Shown in pieces: positions 1-9,308 of a stretch of DNA of 64,000 bases. The notes under the pieces were generated by a model. It was not told where the DNA came from, searched no databases, and saw only the letters and a program-made list of their open reading frames with translations. Position 1 is the stretch's first letter. Each line of letters opens with the position of its first letter. The stretch covers positions 1 through 64,000 of the forward strand of contig CAWDOY010000009.1 of the NCBI GenBank assembly GCA_963803975.1, given 5' to 3'. A program made the position numbers and the translations under genes. Origin of the DNA: an uncultured delta proteobacterium (GTDB taxonomy: Bacteria; Desulfobacterota; WTBG01; CAIYCZ01).

Positions 1-200
1 CTCATGGTTTATCCTCTATTTTATATGTGCCCACCGCTTCTTCAAACGCAACATGGTACCGCGCACAGCTTATTTCAAACTGCAGATGATAAATCTTGCG
101 GCAATTATTATCTATTTAAGAATGGGCTTTGGCATTGCTCCGGCAGAATATCACTATATTGTAACCCGGTTCCAGTACCTTTTTGGAGGAGGCATGTAAT

Positions 201-1793
201 ATGGCTTTGACTGCTTTTACCCGCGAGGAATTTGTCAGGCATGTGCGAAACATGGCCCTCATGGGACTGGTGTTATACATCGGGGGAATTCTGACCGGGT
301 ATGTGACCAACTGGGTTTGCCTGATGCTCGGACTGTGCGCACTGACGCTGTTCTTTACTGATTTCTATTACGGCAGGACCAAAGGAGCATCGTATTTCTG
401 GTTTTTTGTTTTCATATACGGCATGGGTAACTACAAGCCCTTCCGCTTTCCCCTCAACGCAGAAGCCTGGAAAGTGCAGACCAATGACATAATAGACTGG
501 ATCGTGGGCGGCAAGGGCGTGATGCTGTTCCCCAAAGCTGACTGGGTGATGCTGACGCCTCTTCTGGCCTATACACTGTACATTGCCATCCGGCTTCTCA
601 AGACCCCGCCGGACCCTGCAGCAAAAGCAAAAATGACCGTTCCCACCAAGAAATGGCGCATGTTTACCCAGACGTTTGTGCTGGTCTGGTACTTTGTAAT
701 TTTTGCTTCCGGCATGACCGCCCGGCCCATCGAAAACCCGGAGCTGCTGTTCTGGGCCCTTGCCATGCTCCTTGGCTCCCTGCTCCTGCCGTTTTTCATC
801 GGCCGCTGGTTCTGCGGCTGGTTCTGCCCGGTCGGCGCACTGCAGGACGGCATACTGAAGCATTTTAAAAATTACACGGGAATTAAAATTACCGATAAAT
901 TCCGCTCCCAGATTAACCGTATTTATGTCCCTGCCATTATGGTTGGGACGATAATTGTTGTCTATACCTTTGAGCGGGTATTCCAGCTTGCTTCATCCGC
1001 GGAGATGATCACCTCTCCTGACTGGAAAAATCTCTGGAAACCGATGGTGTGGACAAAAACCCTCACCAACGGCATGTTCCTCGGGTCAATCCTGTTTGCC
1101 TACCGCGTGTACTGCCGCTATTTCTGCTGGTATATAGGCTACCGGGTAACGCTCGGTCATCCGTCCCTGTACCGGGTGCCGTTTAAAACAGAGCGCTGCC
1201 AGATTTGCCCGGAATGCCCGCCGGAACAGCACTGCACCATGGGATACCAGTTTCAGTCAAAGCCCGAAGGGGAAGAGGGGCTTTCCATACGAAACATTGG
1301 TGAAGCGCCGGCCACCTGCACCCTCTGCTATGAATGCCGGGACACCTGCCCCCACGGCGTGTTCCGCGGCAAGATTAAGCGGATCAATGTCGTGCCTGAG
1401 CGCTGCGTTGGCTGCAGGCTCTGCGAGCTTGCCTGCTCAGGGGGAAGGCTTGGCGTATTTGATCCCGTTCGGTCAAATATTCAGATCGAGATGGAGGGCA
1501 TTCCCGAGCTCCCGGTGCCGAAGATCAAGGACACCTGCGATGCCTGCAACGGCGATCCCAAGTGCATCAAGGTATGTCCGGCCCGGGTGATTATCTGGGA
1601 CAAGGAAGGGGTACGCAAAGATATAAAAGTCAACCGCCCCGGTGTGGTAAAGAAGTTTTTCAGAAAGATCAACCCATTCTCAAAGGCACCGGCAGCGTGT
1701 GATACCCTGTGTGGCGCGTATCCCCAGGGGTGTCCCAGCTGTGAAAGCAACAAGGCCCTGCCGCAAGAGCAAGCCAAAGGAGTAGCCGCATGA
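201..1793 (+). CDS. Polytopic membrane 4Fe-4S protein (NapH/MauN-like) fused to a C-terminal multi-ferredoxin domain
   Basis: GGAGGAGG RBS before ATG 201. Many hydrophobic helices; GRWFCGWFCPVG and YCRYFCW motifs; CTLCYECRDTCP, CVGCRLCELAC and CDACNGDPKCIKVCP. Stop overlaps the next ATG (ATGA). Confidence 0.85.
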   Translation: MALTAFTREEFVRHVRNMALMGLVLYIGGILTGYVTNWVCLMLGLCALTLFFTDFYYGRTKGASYFWFFVFIYGMGNYKPFRFPLNAEAWKVQTNDIIDWIVGGKGVMLFPKADWVMLTPLLAYTLYIAIRLLKTPPDPAAKAKMTVPTKKWRMFTQTFVLVWYFVIFASGMTARPIENPELLFWALAMLLGSLLLPFFIGRWFCGWFCPVGALQDGILKHFKNYTGIKITDKFRSQINRIYVPAIMVGTIIVVYTFERVFQLASSAEMITSPDWKNLWKPMVWTKTLTNGMFLGSILFAYRVYCRYFCWYIGYRVTLGHPSLYRVPFKTERCQICPECPPEQHCTMGYQFQSKPEGEEGLSIRNIGEAPATCTLCYECRDTCPHGVFRGKIKRINVVPERCVGCRLCELACSGGRLGVFDPVRSNIQIEMEGIPELPVPKIKDTCDACNGDPKCIKVCPARVIIWDKEGVRKDIKVNRPGVVKKFFRKINPFSKAPAACDTLCGAYPQGCPSCESNKALPQEQAKGVAA

Positions 1794-3682
1794 GCAGAGC
1801 GATGCTGTATAAAGGATATACCAGAAAAATCCTCAGGGTAAACCTCACCGAAGGCACGGTAAAAGCGGAGGAGCTTCCCAACGGGCAGCTGAGAAAATAT
1901 ATCGGCGGTGCCGGCCTTGCCGCGCGGATGCTCTATGATGAGCTCGCCCCGGGCATTGACCCCCTGTCTCCGGACAATAAGGTACTCTTTCTTGCCGGAC
2001 CGCTGGCCGGGACCATTGCGCCCACGGGAAGCCGCATCGGGGTGTATACCAAGTCGCCGCTCACCAACGGTTTTTTCCATTCTTCAGCAGGGGGGTATTT
2101 TGCCCCGGAGCTGAAATATGCCGGCTACGACGGCGTGATTATCGAAGGTGCCAGCAAAACCCCGGTGTATCTCTATGTCGATAATGAGCGGGCAGAGCTG
2201 CGCGATGCCTCGCGCGTCTGGGGAGAGCGCACTGATGCAACCCAGCAGTGGTTGAAAGGCGATATCGGGGACGAGGCAGCGCAGCTCGCCGTGATCGGCC
2301 CTGCAGGAGAGCGCATGGTCAGGTTTGCCAACATTACCTCAGGATGCCGGAGTCTGGGCCGGGGCGGCATCGGCGCAGTGCTCGGATCTAAAAAGTTTAA
2401 AGCGCTTGCCGTAAGGGGAAAAGGAAAGCTTGAAGTTCATGATATGGAAGGCACCCTGAAACTCTCTCGTGAAATCATGCAGATTATGAAGGGTAACCCC
2501 TCCACGGGACAAGTTCTTCCCTGGTTCGGGACACCGGTACTGGTCAATGCCAACAACAGCCTCGGCGTATTTGGCGCGCGCAACTGGCAGCAGGAGACGT
2601 TCGAAGGGGCTGAAGGTTTGAGTGCTGAAACCATGCGGCAAAAAATTGTGGTGCGTGATAAAGCCTGTTTTGCCTGTCCGATCAAGTGCAGCAAATACAG
2701 CGTGGTGACCAATGCCCCGTTTGAGGGATACACGGTTGAAGGCCCTGAATACGAAAACATCTTTGCCCTGGGCTCCATGTGCGGCATTTCCTCCATTGAA
2801 GCGGTTGCCGCAGCAGAGCGTGAATGTGATGACCTGGGTATGGATGCCATAGAAACCGGCGTCTCCATTGCCTTTGCCATGGAAAATTTTGAAAAAGGAA
2901 ATCTCTCTGCCCGGGATACTGACGGCCTGGAACTGAGATTCGGCAAAACAGAGCTTATGCTTCCCCTGATAGGGAAAATCGCCCGGCGCGAGGGATTCGG
3001 CAATCTCCTGGCAGAGGGCGTGAAACGGGCAGCTGAAAAGATCGGTAAAGGCTCCGAGGCTTTTGCCATGCAGAACAAGGGCATGACCTTTGCCGGCCAT
3101 TCGGCCCGCGGCCTGCCGGGCTTTGCCCTTGGCTATGCCACCGGCCCCCGCGGCGGGTCACACCATGACAGCCGCCCCACCGGCGAGCGCTGCGGCATTG
3201 TGCAGCGCGACACCATTGAAGGCAAACCCGCCTATACGGTAAAAGTCAATCACCTGATGATATTTACTGATTCCATGATTATCTGTCATCTTGCTGAAGC
3301 GATCTGGGGCCCCATAGAGATTAATCCGGTGGTGGTCGATATTTTAAACCGGGTTACGGGGATGGATGTCACCACCGGGGAGGCGGAACTCACTGCCGAG
3401 CGCATCTGGAATGTTATCCGCGCCTTTGCCGTCCGTGAGGGATTGCGGCGCAAAGACGATACCCTGCCCCGGAGGTTCCTCACCGAACCGATACCGGATG
3501 GTCCTTCCAAGGGTATGGTTATAACAGAAGAGACGCTGGAAAAGATGAAAGATGAATATTACGAAATAAGAGGCTGGGACAGGGCCACCGGCATTCCCAC
3601 GCCGCAGCGGCTGCTGCGCCTTGACCTTCCCGATATTGCTGAAGACATGAAACAGATATTAAGCCAGGAACAGGGGAGGTGA
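1790..3682 (+). CDS. aor: Aldehyde:ferredoxin oxidoreductase family protein (tungstopterin enzyme)
   Basis: 630 aa with ILRVNLT, YIGGAGL, TKSPLT, GRGGIGAVLGSKK, CFACPIKC, EGPEYE, CDDLGMD, DDTLPRRF and YYEIRGWD motifs. Confidence 0.95.
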   Translation: MSRAMLYKGYTRKILRVNLTEGTVKAEELPNGQLRKYIGGAGLAARMLYDELAPGIDPLSPDNKVLFLAGPLAGTIAPTGSRIGVYTKSPLTNGFFHSSAGGYFAPELKYAGYDGVIIEGASKTPVYLYVDNERAELRDASRVWGERTDATQQWLKGDIGDEAAQLAVIGPAGERMVRFANITSGCRSLGRGGIGAVLGSKKFKALAVRGKGKLEVHDMEGTLKLSREIMQIMKGNPSTGQVLPWFGTPVLVNANNSLGVFGARNWQQETFEGAEGLSAETMRQKIVVRDKACFACPIKCSKYSVVTNAPFEGYTVEGPEYENIFALGSMCGISSIEAVAAAERECDDLGMDAIETGVSIAFAMENFEKGNLSARDTDGLELRFGKTELMLPLIGKIARREGFGNLLAEGVKRAAEKIGKGSEAFAMQNKGMTFAGHSARGLPGFALGYATGPRGGSHHDSRPTGERCGIVQRDTIEGKPAYTVKVNHLMIFTDSMIICHLAEAIWGPIEINPVVVDILNRVTGMDVTTGEAELTAERIWNVIRAFAVREGLRRKDDTLPRRFLTEPIPDGPSKGMVITEETLEKMKDEYYEIRGWDRATGIPTPQRLLRLDLPDIAEDMKQILSQEQGR

Positions 3683-3688
3683 TACACG

Positions 3689-5161
3689 ATGAGTCGCGCT
3701 AAATTCTGGATTTTAATTTCAACAGCAGTGGTACTCGCTATAAGCATCTCTGCGGCATTCTCAAACAAGCAGGACGACCAGAACTACCGTCACGACTATG
3801 TCTACCAGGATACAAAAATAGTGGGCAAGCCGGGAGTGCTGCTGACTGCCCTCGGGCAGCCTGAAGATTATGATTTTGAGTTCTTCAACCGCTACATCAC
3901 CCTGATCTTTAAGACCGCATTCCCGCCCGCGCTCAAGCTCCTTATCATGCAGGACAACGGCACCGTGCTCATGGACCCGGAGCATCTCGCGGACACCGAG
4001 GAGTATGAGCCGAAAGTCCTGATGGACTGTTTCGGCAAAACCGAAGATGAGGAAGAAGAGCCCTATGTGGACATCGAAGATCTCAAATGGGTGCCCTCCC
4101 GGGATGGAAAAACACCCGGCCATTTTCTGCTGGAAAAGAAGAACGGCTATATAGACGCTGTGGAGAAGGTCGGGGTTAAGATAGTTGCGTCATATTATCC
4201 GAAGATGCCGAATCATAAAGTCCCCTATACCCGGCAGCACCTGGAAATTTTTAAAGAGGCTGAAGAACTGCTGAAAAAAGAGTTCCCCGAGGTCCCCATG
4301 CGCTGGGCCTGGACCATGGATCCGGAAACAGTTGAAAAGGCAATTGATGAATTAATCAGGGAAGATAAGGTCAAGACTATCGTGCACTGTGATATATTTC
4401 CGGTCTATTCATCGCTTGAACACTTTAACACCCTGTACCAGGATGTTAAGGATGCGGCGGCAGAGCGCGCCAAGGTGGTCTTCACCCCGTATCCCGGCGC
4501 ATACCCGTCTTTTCGCAAAGGCATAGAATTGATGGCTACGGATGAAATCCTTCCCCTGCCGAAAAAAGAGCGCAAGCTCCTGGTGCTCACCCGGCACGGC
4601 TGGCCTGATACTCCCGGAGATCCGTATCCTGAGCTTGCCCGCGTTTACTATGTGAACCTGAAGACTGAAATTGAAAAAGCGCTTGAAGGGACCAACACCC
4701 TGGTGGTCTACGCCGACACGGACTTTGCCGGAGACGATGTCGACAAGAAGCATACTAAGCTTGCAAGCTTTGAGGCCCTGGATTACGGCCTGGAAGAAAA
4801 GTATGACCACATCATCTTTCAAATGGTCGACTTTACCAGCGAGAACACCGACACCATCTTTGCCATGCGCCTTGAAACTTTTGAACCCCTTAAATTCAAG
4901 TATGAGGGGAATGTTCCCTACTCTGACTGGTCCAAACCCTTCAGAACCGAGCTTAAAGGAGGCAAGGATTTTCATTACACGCTGAAAGAGGAAAACAGGG
5001 AAAGCACCAGCAGGGTGGTTGTGCTTGGGGTTCCGGTCGGGCCGCGCTATCGACCGTACGTCTCGCAGGGCCTGGTTGACTGCATTGCCACGGTGTTAAA
5101 GGGAGAAAAGTGGCCGCAGCTGATTCTTGAAGTAAAAGAAAAGAAAAAAGGAATGTTTTAA
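3689..5161 (+). CDS. Exported ferrochelatase-like (class II chelatase fold) protein
   Basis: N-terminal signal/anchor. GVLLTALGQP, IFPVYSS, LVLTRHGWP and DFTSENTDT occur in the same order as the ferrochelatase motifs. Confidence 0.6.
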   Translation: MSRAKFWILISTAVVLAISISAAFSNKQDDQNYRHDYVYQDTKIVGKPGVLLTALGQPEDYDFEFFNRYITLIFKTAFPPALKLLIMQDNGTVLMDPEHLADTEEYEPKVLMDCFGKTEDEEEEPYVDIEDLKWVPSRDGKTPGHFLLEKKNGYIDAVEKVGVKIVASYYPKMPNHKVPYTRQHLEIFKEAEELLKKEFPEVPMRWAWTMDPETVEKAIDELIREDKVKTIVHCDIFPVYSSLEHFNTLYQDVKDAAAERAKVVFTPYPGAYPSFRKGIELMATDEILPLPKKERKLLVLTRHGWPDTPGDPYPELARVYYVNLKTEIEKALEGTNTLVVYADTDFAGDDVDKKHTKLASFEALDYGLEEKYDHIIFQMVDFTSENTDTIFAMRLETFEPLKFKYEGNVPYSDWSKPFRTELKGGKDFHYTLKEENRESTSRVVVLGVPVGPRYRPYVSQGLVDCIATVLKGEKWPQLILEVKEKKKGMF

Positions 5162-5203
5162 TCGTATTGAACCCGTAACCATAAAACGCTCAGGAGGCGG
5201 AAT

Positions 5204-6500
5204 ATGCTCAAAAGAATTAAACAACTGTCACTGCTTTTTGGATTGCTTTTTTTATTTTTCTCGGACGCTGCCAGCGCTAATGATCTGAGGGGTTATTTCC
5301 CCTTGTATGATGGAAGGTTCTGGAATTTTACGGGATCACCGGACGGCACTACCTCAACCTGGGCGGTCAATGGAACGCTCACGCTGAAAGATGTCGGGAG
5401 GGTGACTCTGCTGGCACTTGATAACGGAAGATTCCTCTGCCTGCGTGAGGACTGGGAGGGAATCCGTATATATGGAGAATATAGTTCTGATGAGTATCTC
5501 ATTCCCGATAAGCCGCTGCTGTTTTTGCCCAGCGCTCTAAAACCTGAGGAACCGATTGAAGTATCAGTAACGCTTAAGAAATTTTCTGACCCGGAGGGAA
5601 ATATTAATTTCAAAGAGACCGGAAAAATTAATCAGAGCATTAAATTCATCCATAAAGAGTTTGAGGATGTGACCGTCTCCGGGCGATTATTTAAAAATTG
5701 CGCTGTTGTTGAAAAAATTACCAGGGAGCAGAATACGGTGACCGCGGAGACGATATATCTGGCCCCCGGCGTCGGCCCGGTCAAAAGGGTCCTCTTGAAA
5801 GGGAAGGAAAAAGTTGTTTATATCGTCAGCTCCTTTGCGGGTAGTGATACGGTTGCAGCTGAAAATTTTCCCCTGAAGGCGCTGCTGCCGTTTAAACCGG
5901 GCATTACCTGGACCTATAGGGACCAGAAGGGAACTGTCTGGCGGACTACCACAAAAAACAAAGAACCCGTTCAGGGCACGGCGAGCCTGCCCTTTGCTGA
6001 AGAAACCGGGGATATTTATTATTACACTCTTGACAACCGCGGACTGTTATTGACCCAGAAGTACTGGTCCCTGGTGGGCGGCTGCACTGATTTTCGCGCG
6101 CCGGATGCTCCGCTGGTGGTATTTCCGCCCACATTAAAACTGGGGGCCTATTATTCATCGATATCCAATGCAAGCGTTCATACCTGGCCGAGCATGACGC
6201 TGATGGAAGATTTTTATCCGGAGATGCTCTGTGCAAGCATAGCTGTTTTAAAGGAAGATGTGACGGTCCCCGCAGGGAAATACCGGGATTGCCTGAAAGT
6301 ATGCCATTTTCTCCGTGTCAAGAAACTTCAACATGAATAATGAGCAGGTCCGGATCGGTTATATCTGGCTTGCGAAAGATACGGGCGTTATCAAGAAAAA
6401 GCTGGTCGACATGACCAACTATTTTAACCCCCAGCGAATAAACAGGATCACCTCCATCAAGTTCTGGGACTTAACGAAAATAGATAAAAAGGGCAGTTAG
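5204..6500 (+). CDS. Secreted two-repeat beta-rich hypothetical protein (frame change near 6310)
   Basis: Signal peptide ending ASA. Two copies of an EDVTVxxG..xC...W/YLAxxxGxxK module; the second is completed by ORF 6315-6500. Confidence 0.7.
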
Positions 6501-6677
6501 CCGCGCATTCCCCGCCCCCCAAAAAGAGTGCTCAACACTGCAAAAAATATTTATGACTCTCACTTGATAACGCTGGCAGTTGTGTGATAGGATGCGGTAG
6601 TATGCTTTAAAACTACTACAGCTGCCGGCTGGTAACTGAAACAATGATAAAACCGTAAAAAAGCTGAAGGAGGCGTT

Positions 6678-7287
6678 ATGAAGAGAAGCTGCAAATTCCT
6701 GCTGGCGTGCACTGTTGCCGCGCTTATTTTCACCCTGCCACTTGGCGTATGCCCAGGAGAGCGGTGCGGGGAAAATCCTTATCCTGTATTATTCCCGGAC
6801 CGGCAATACCAGAATGACCTGCGAGGCATTGCAGAAGGCTTTGAATGCACAAATGCTTGAGATCAAAGATTTGACAGACCGTTCAGGCTCCTGGGGCGGG
6901 CTTACCGGTATGCTCAATACCCTGTTTAATATGGAAACCGGCATTGAGCCTGAGCATCCGGATCTTTCTTCCTACGCAAATATTATACTTGCATCGCCAC
7001 TCTGGGCAGGGAAATTTGCTCCGGCAATCCGGACCGTAATCGCACGCAACAAATTCGATAAGAAAAATGTTGCTGTCCTCACGACCGGCAATGCCCTGTT
7101 AGATCCGGCAAATCAGGAAAAGAATAAAGCCCCCATTATTGCCACGGGCGGTAACGTGGTTGGTTATTTTCAGGTTGCCGTGCAGGAAAAGGTAAATGAT
7201 AAAAAGGTGGACCGGCCAAAGGAAAAAGTTATGGAGGATACGCTCAAACTGGTCCCGGAAATCAAAAAGGCTTTTAACCTGCCATAA
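6678..7287 (+). CDS. Flavodoxin-fold protein with signal peptide, paralog 1 (frame change near 6745)
   Basis: AAGGAGG RBS; MKRSCKFLLAC signal; ILYYSRTGNT FMN-phosphate loop; ASPLWAG. Confidence 0.8.
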
Positions 7288-7317
7288 ATAATGACTAGGA
7301 AAACACGGAGAAAAACT

Positions 7318-7938
7318 ATGCGTTATATTAGTTCCTTATTCACTGCAGCCTCCCTGCTCATTGTTCTTGCTGTTCTCTCAGCACCCCTGAGCGAAGCTTT
7401 TTCACAGGAAAACCCCGTGAACAAAACATTAATTCTGTACTATTCCCGCACCGGCAACACCAGGCTGTGCAGCGAAGCATTGCAGAAAGCTCTGGGTGCA
7501 GACGTGCTGGAAATAAAGGATCGTAAAAATCGCGCCGGCGGATGGGGCTTCTTCACCGGGGCAATCGGTTCGCTGTTCAACGTGCACACAAAAATTGAGC
7601 CTCTGCATCCCGACCTCGCGCCTTACAGCAATATTATCATCGCATCCCCCATCTGGACCGGCACGCTTTCCACCGCGATCCGCACCCTGATAGACAAGAA
7701 CCGGTGGGACGGGAGGAGGGTGATGCTGTTCACCACCACCAATGCCGCGGAAAAAGAAAAGTACATAGAAAAAAGCAAAGCACGCGTTGCACAGCGGGGC
7801 GCGCAGGTGGCCGGCTACTGCCAGGTTGTGGTAAAAAAAGAGGTGGCCGGTAAAAAAGTTGATAGACCAAAGCAGGAAATCATTGAAGACGCGCTCAAGT
7901 TTGTCCCGGAAATCAAAAAGGCATTTTCTCTTCCCTGA
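7318..7938 (+). CDS. Flavodoxin-fold protein with signal peptide, paralog 2
   Basis: Signal peptide; ILYYSRTGNT; ASPIWTG; closely similar to paralog 1 including the VPEIKKAF end. Confidence 0.85.
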   Translation: MRYISSLFTAASLLIVLAVLSAPLSEAFSQENPVNKTLILYYSRTGNTRLCSEALQKALGADVLEIKDRKNRAGGWGFFTGAIGSLFNVHTKIEPLHPDLAPYSNIIIASPIWTGTLSTAIRTLIDKNRWDGRRVMLFTTTNAAEKEKYIEKSKARVAQRGAQVAGYCQVVVKKEVAGKKVDRPKQEIIEDALKFVPEIKKAFSLP

Positions 7939-7993
7939 CTAAAAGTGCCGTAACTACCACACACAGCATTACACACAAATAAAGGAGGACAGT

Positions 7994-8646
7994 ATGTTTC
8001 ACAGAAGCTCTGGTCGGACGTTATTGATATCAAACGTACTGATGTTGTCCCTGATGTTCGTCTTGCTCCTGACGATGACCGGCAGGGACACGGTCAGCGC
8101 ACAATCAGCCCCGCCGGCGGCAGCAGTTGCAGTGCACGGCTCAAAGCCGCTGATCATCTATTATTCACTCACCGGTAAAAACAAAATCATCTCTGAAGAG
8201 CTGAAAAAGCAGCTCAACGCTGATATCGCGAGAACTGAAAATAGTTTCTGAGCGCTCCGGCATCTGGGGTTTTATCGTCAGCGGATATGAAAACATATTT
8301 GACAAGGATGCGGAGCTGCAGCCGTTTACCATGGATTTGGCATCCTATAATCCGATCATCATCTGCTCACCCATCTGGATGCAAAAGCTGTCTTCGCCGG
8401 CCCGGACCTTCTTGAAAAATCCGGCCCTCAAGGGAAAGGATCTCTATATTTTTGCATCATTTCAAGGCCGCTGGGGCGAGGATAAAGAGGCGGAGCTGGT
8501 AAAAAATCTGACCGGGACGGGGATCGTCGTAAAGGGTGTTTACCGGATGGTGCTGGGCAAAAAAACCGAAGAAGAGATAAAAAAAGAGGTTATAGCCCAG
8601 CTGGAGAAAAAACCCATCCTCTATACAAGCGGCAGCCACTCACTGA
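7994..8646 (+). CDS. Flavodoxin-fold protein with signal peptide, paralog 3 (frame changes near 8230 and probably 8625)
   Basis: AAGGAGG RBS; signal peptide; IIYYSLTGKN; CSPIWM. The end is approximate. Confidence 0.7.
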
Positions 8647-8743
8647 TATATCGCCGGCAGCGGGCATTGTTTCTCCGACGGCCCGCGCAGCAAGCTGCTT
8701 TTGTGCACGGCACCGGCAGGGCCGTTTTTTTGAAGCAGCTCAC

Positions 8744-8793
8744 AAAAAGAGCCGCACAGAAGGATAAGAGGGGGCAAATCCTTCCGGCGGCTC
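8744..8793 (-). terminator. Intrinsic terminator-like hairpin with a C-rich loop
   Basis: Minus strand reads GAGCCGCcgGAAGGAT-ttgccccctctt-ATCCTTCtgtGCGGCTC-TTTTT. Confidence 0.65.
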
Positions 8794-8895
8794 ACGAACC
8801 TCCGGTCTCCCGGAGGAGCATGTTCATGATCACCAGGGGGAGCGTATCTGCCGGCATTGGTCAGGCATACACGCTTCCCGCAGTTTTTTGCAGCC

Positions 8896-9219
8896 TTATT
8901 TTGCTGCTTTTTTCTTGGCAGCGTATACTTTGATCTTCTCGGCAGTATTGGTACCTTCTTTGAGGATCACCTTAACCTTATCCCCCTGCTTTAAGGTGGA
9001 AATCTCCTTGGGATCTACCACGACTTTCTTTTCTGCGTTGGTCGTCTTCTCTTTAATTACTACTTCATTCTTTGCTGCATCAATGGAAACGATCTCACCC
9101 TTTACCACCTCGGCTTTAGCCTTTGGCGCCGGTGCTTTTGCTTCCTCTGCTGCAAACCCCACTGCAGAAAAACTTATCATGACCAGTCCCGCTACTAATA
9201 CCATCAGTATCTTTTTCAT
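8896..9219 (-). CDS. Small secreted Lys/Ala-rich protein (OB-fold-like)
   Basis: AAAGGAGGTG RBS; MKKILMVLVAGL...GFA signal; VKGEIVSID...LKQGDKVKV pattern. Confidence 0.8.
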   Translation of the reverse strand: MKKILMVLVAGLVMISFSAVGFAAEEAKAPAPKAKAEVVKGEIVSIDAAKNEVVIKEKTTNAEKKVVVDPKEISTLKQGDKVKVILKEGTNTAEKIKVYAAKKKAAK

Positions 9220-9284
9220 CTCGCACACACCTCCTTTCTTATTATAATTAATGCACGCACAATAGCATATCTATAATTAAATAA

Positions 9285-9304
9285 AGATTAGAAGCAGATT
9301 AGAA
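9285..9304 (-). promoter_or_regulatory. Tandem direct repeat, probable OmpR/PhoB-type operator
   Basis: AGATTAGAA-gc-AGATTAGAA (11-bp period) between the sensor kinase stop and the small secreted gene. Confidence 0.55.
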
Positions 9305-9308
9305 AATT

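Noticed and set aside
128..146. Sigma54 promoter upstream of the AOR operon
   Set aside because: TTGGCA is present but there is no TTGC at the -12 spacing.
8647..8933. Long C-terminal tail of flavodoxin paralog 3
   Set aside because: It runs through hairpins into the convergent gene and is better explained by an indel near 8625.
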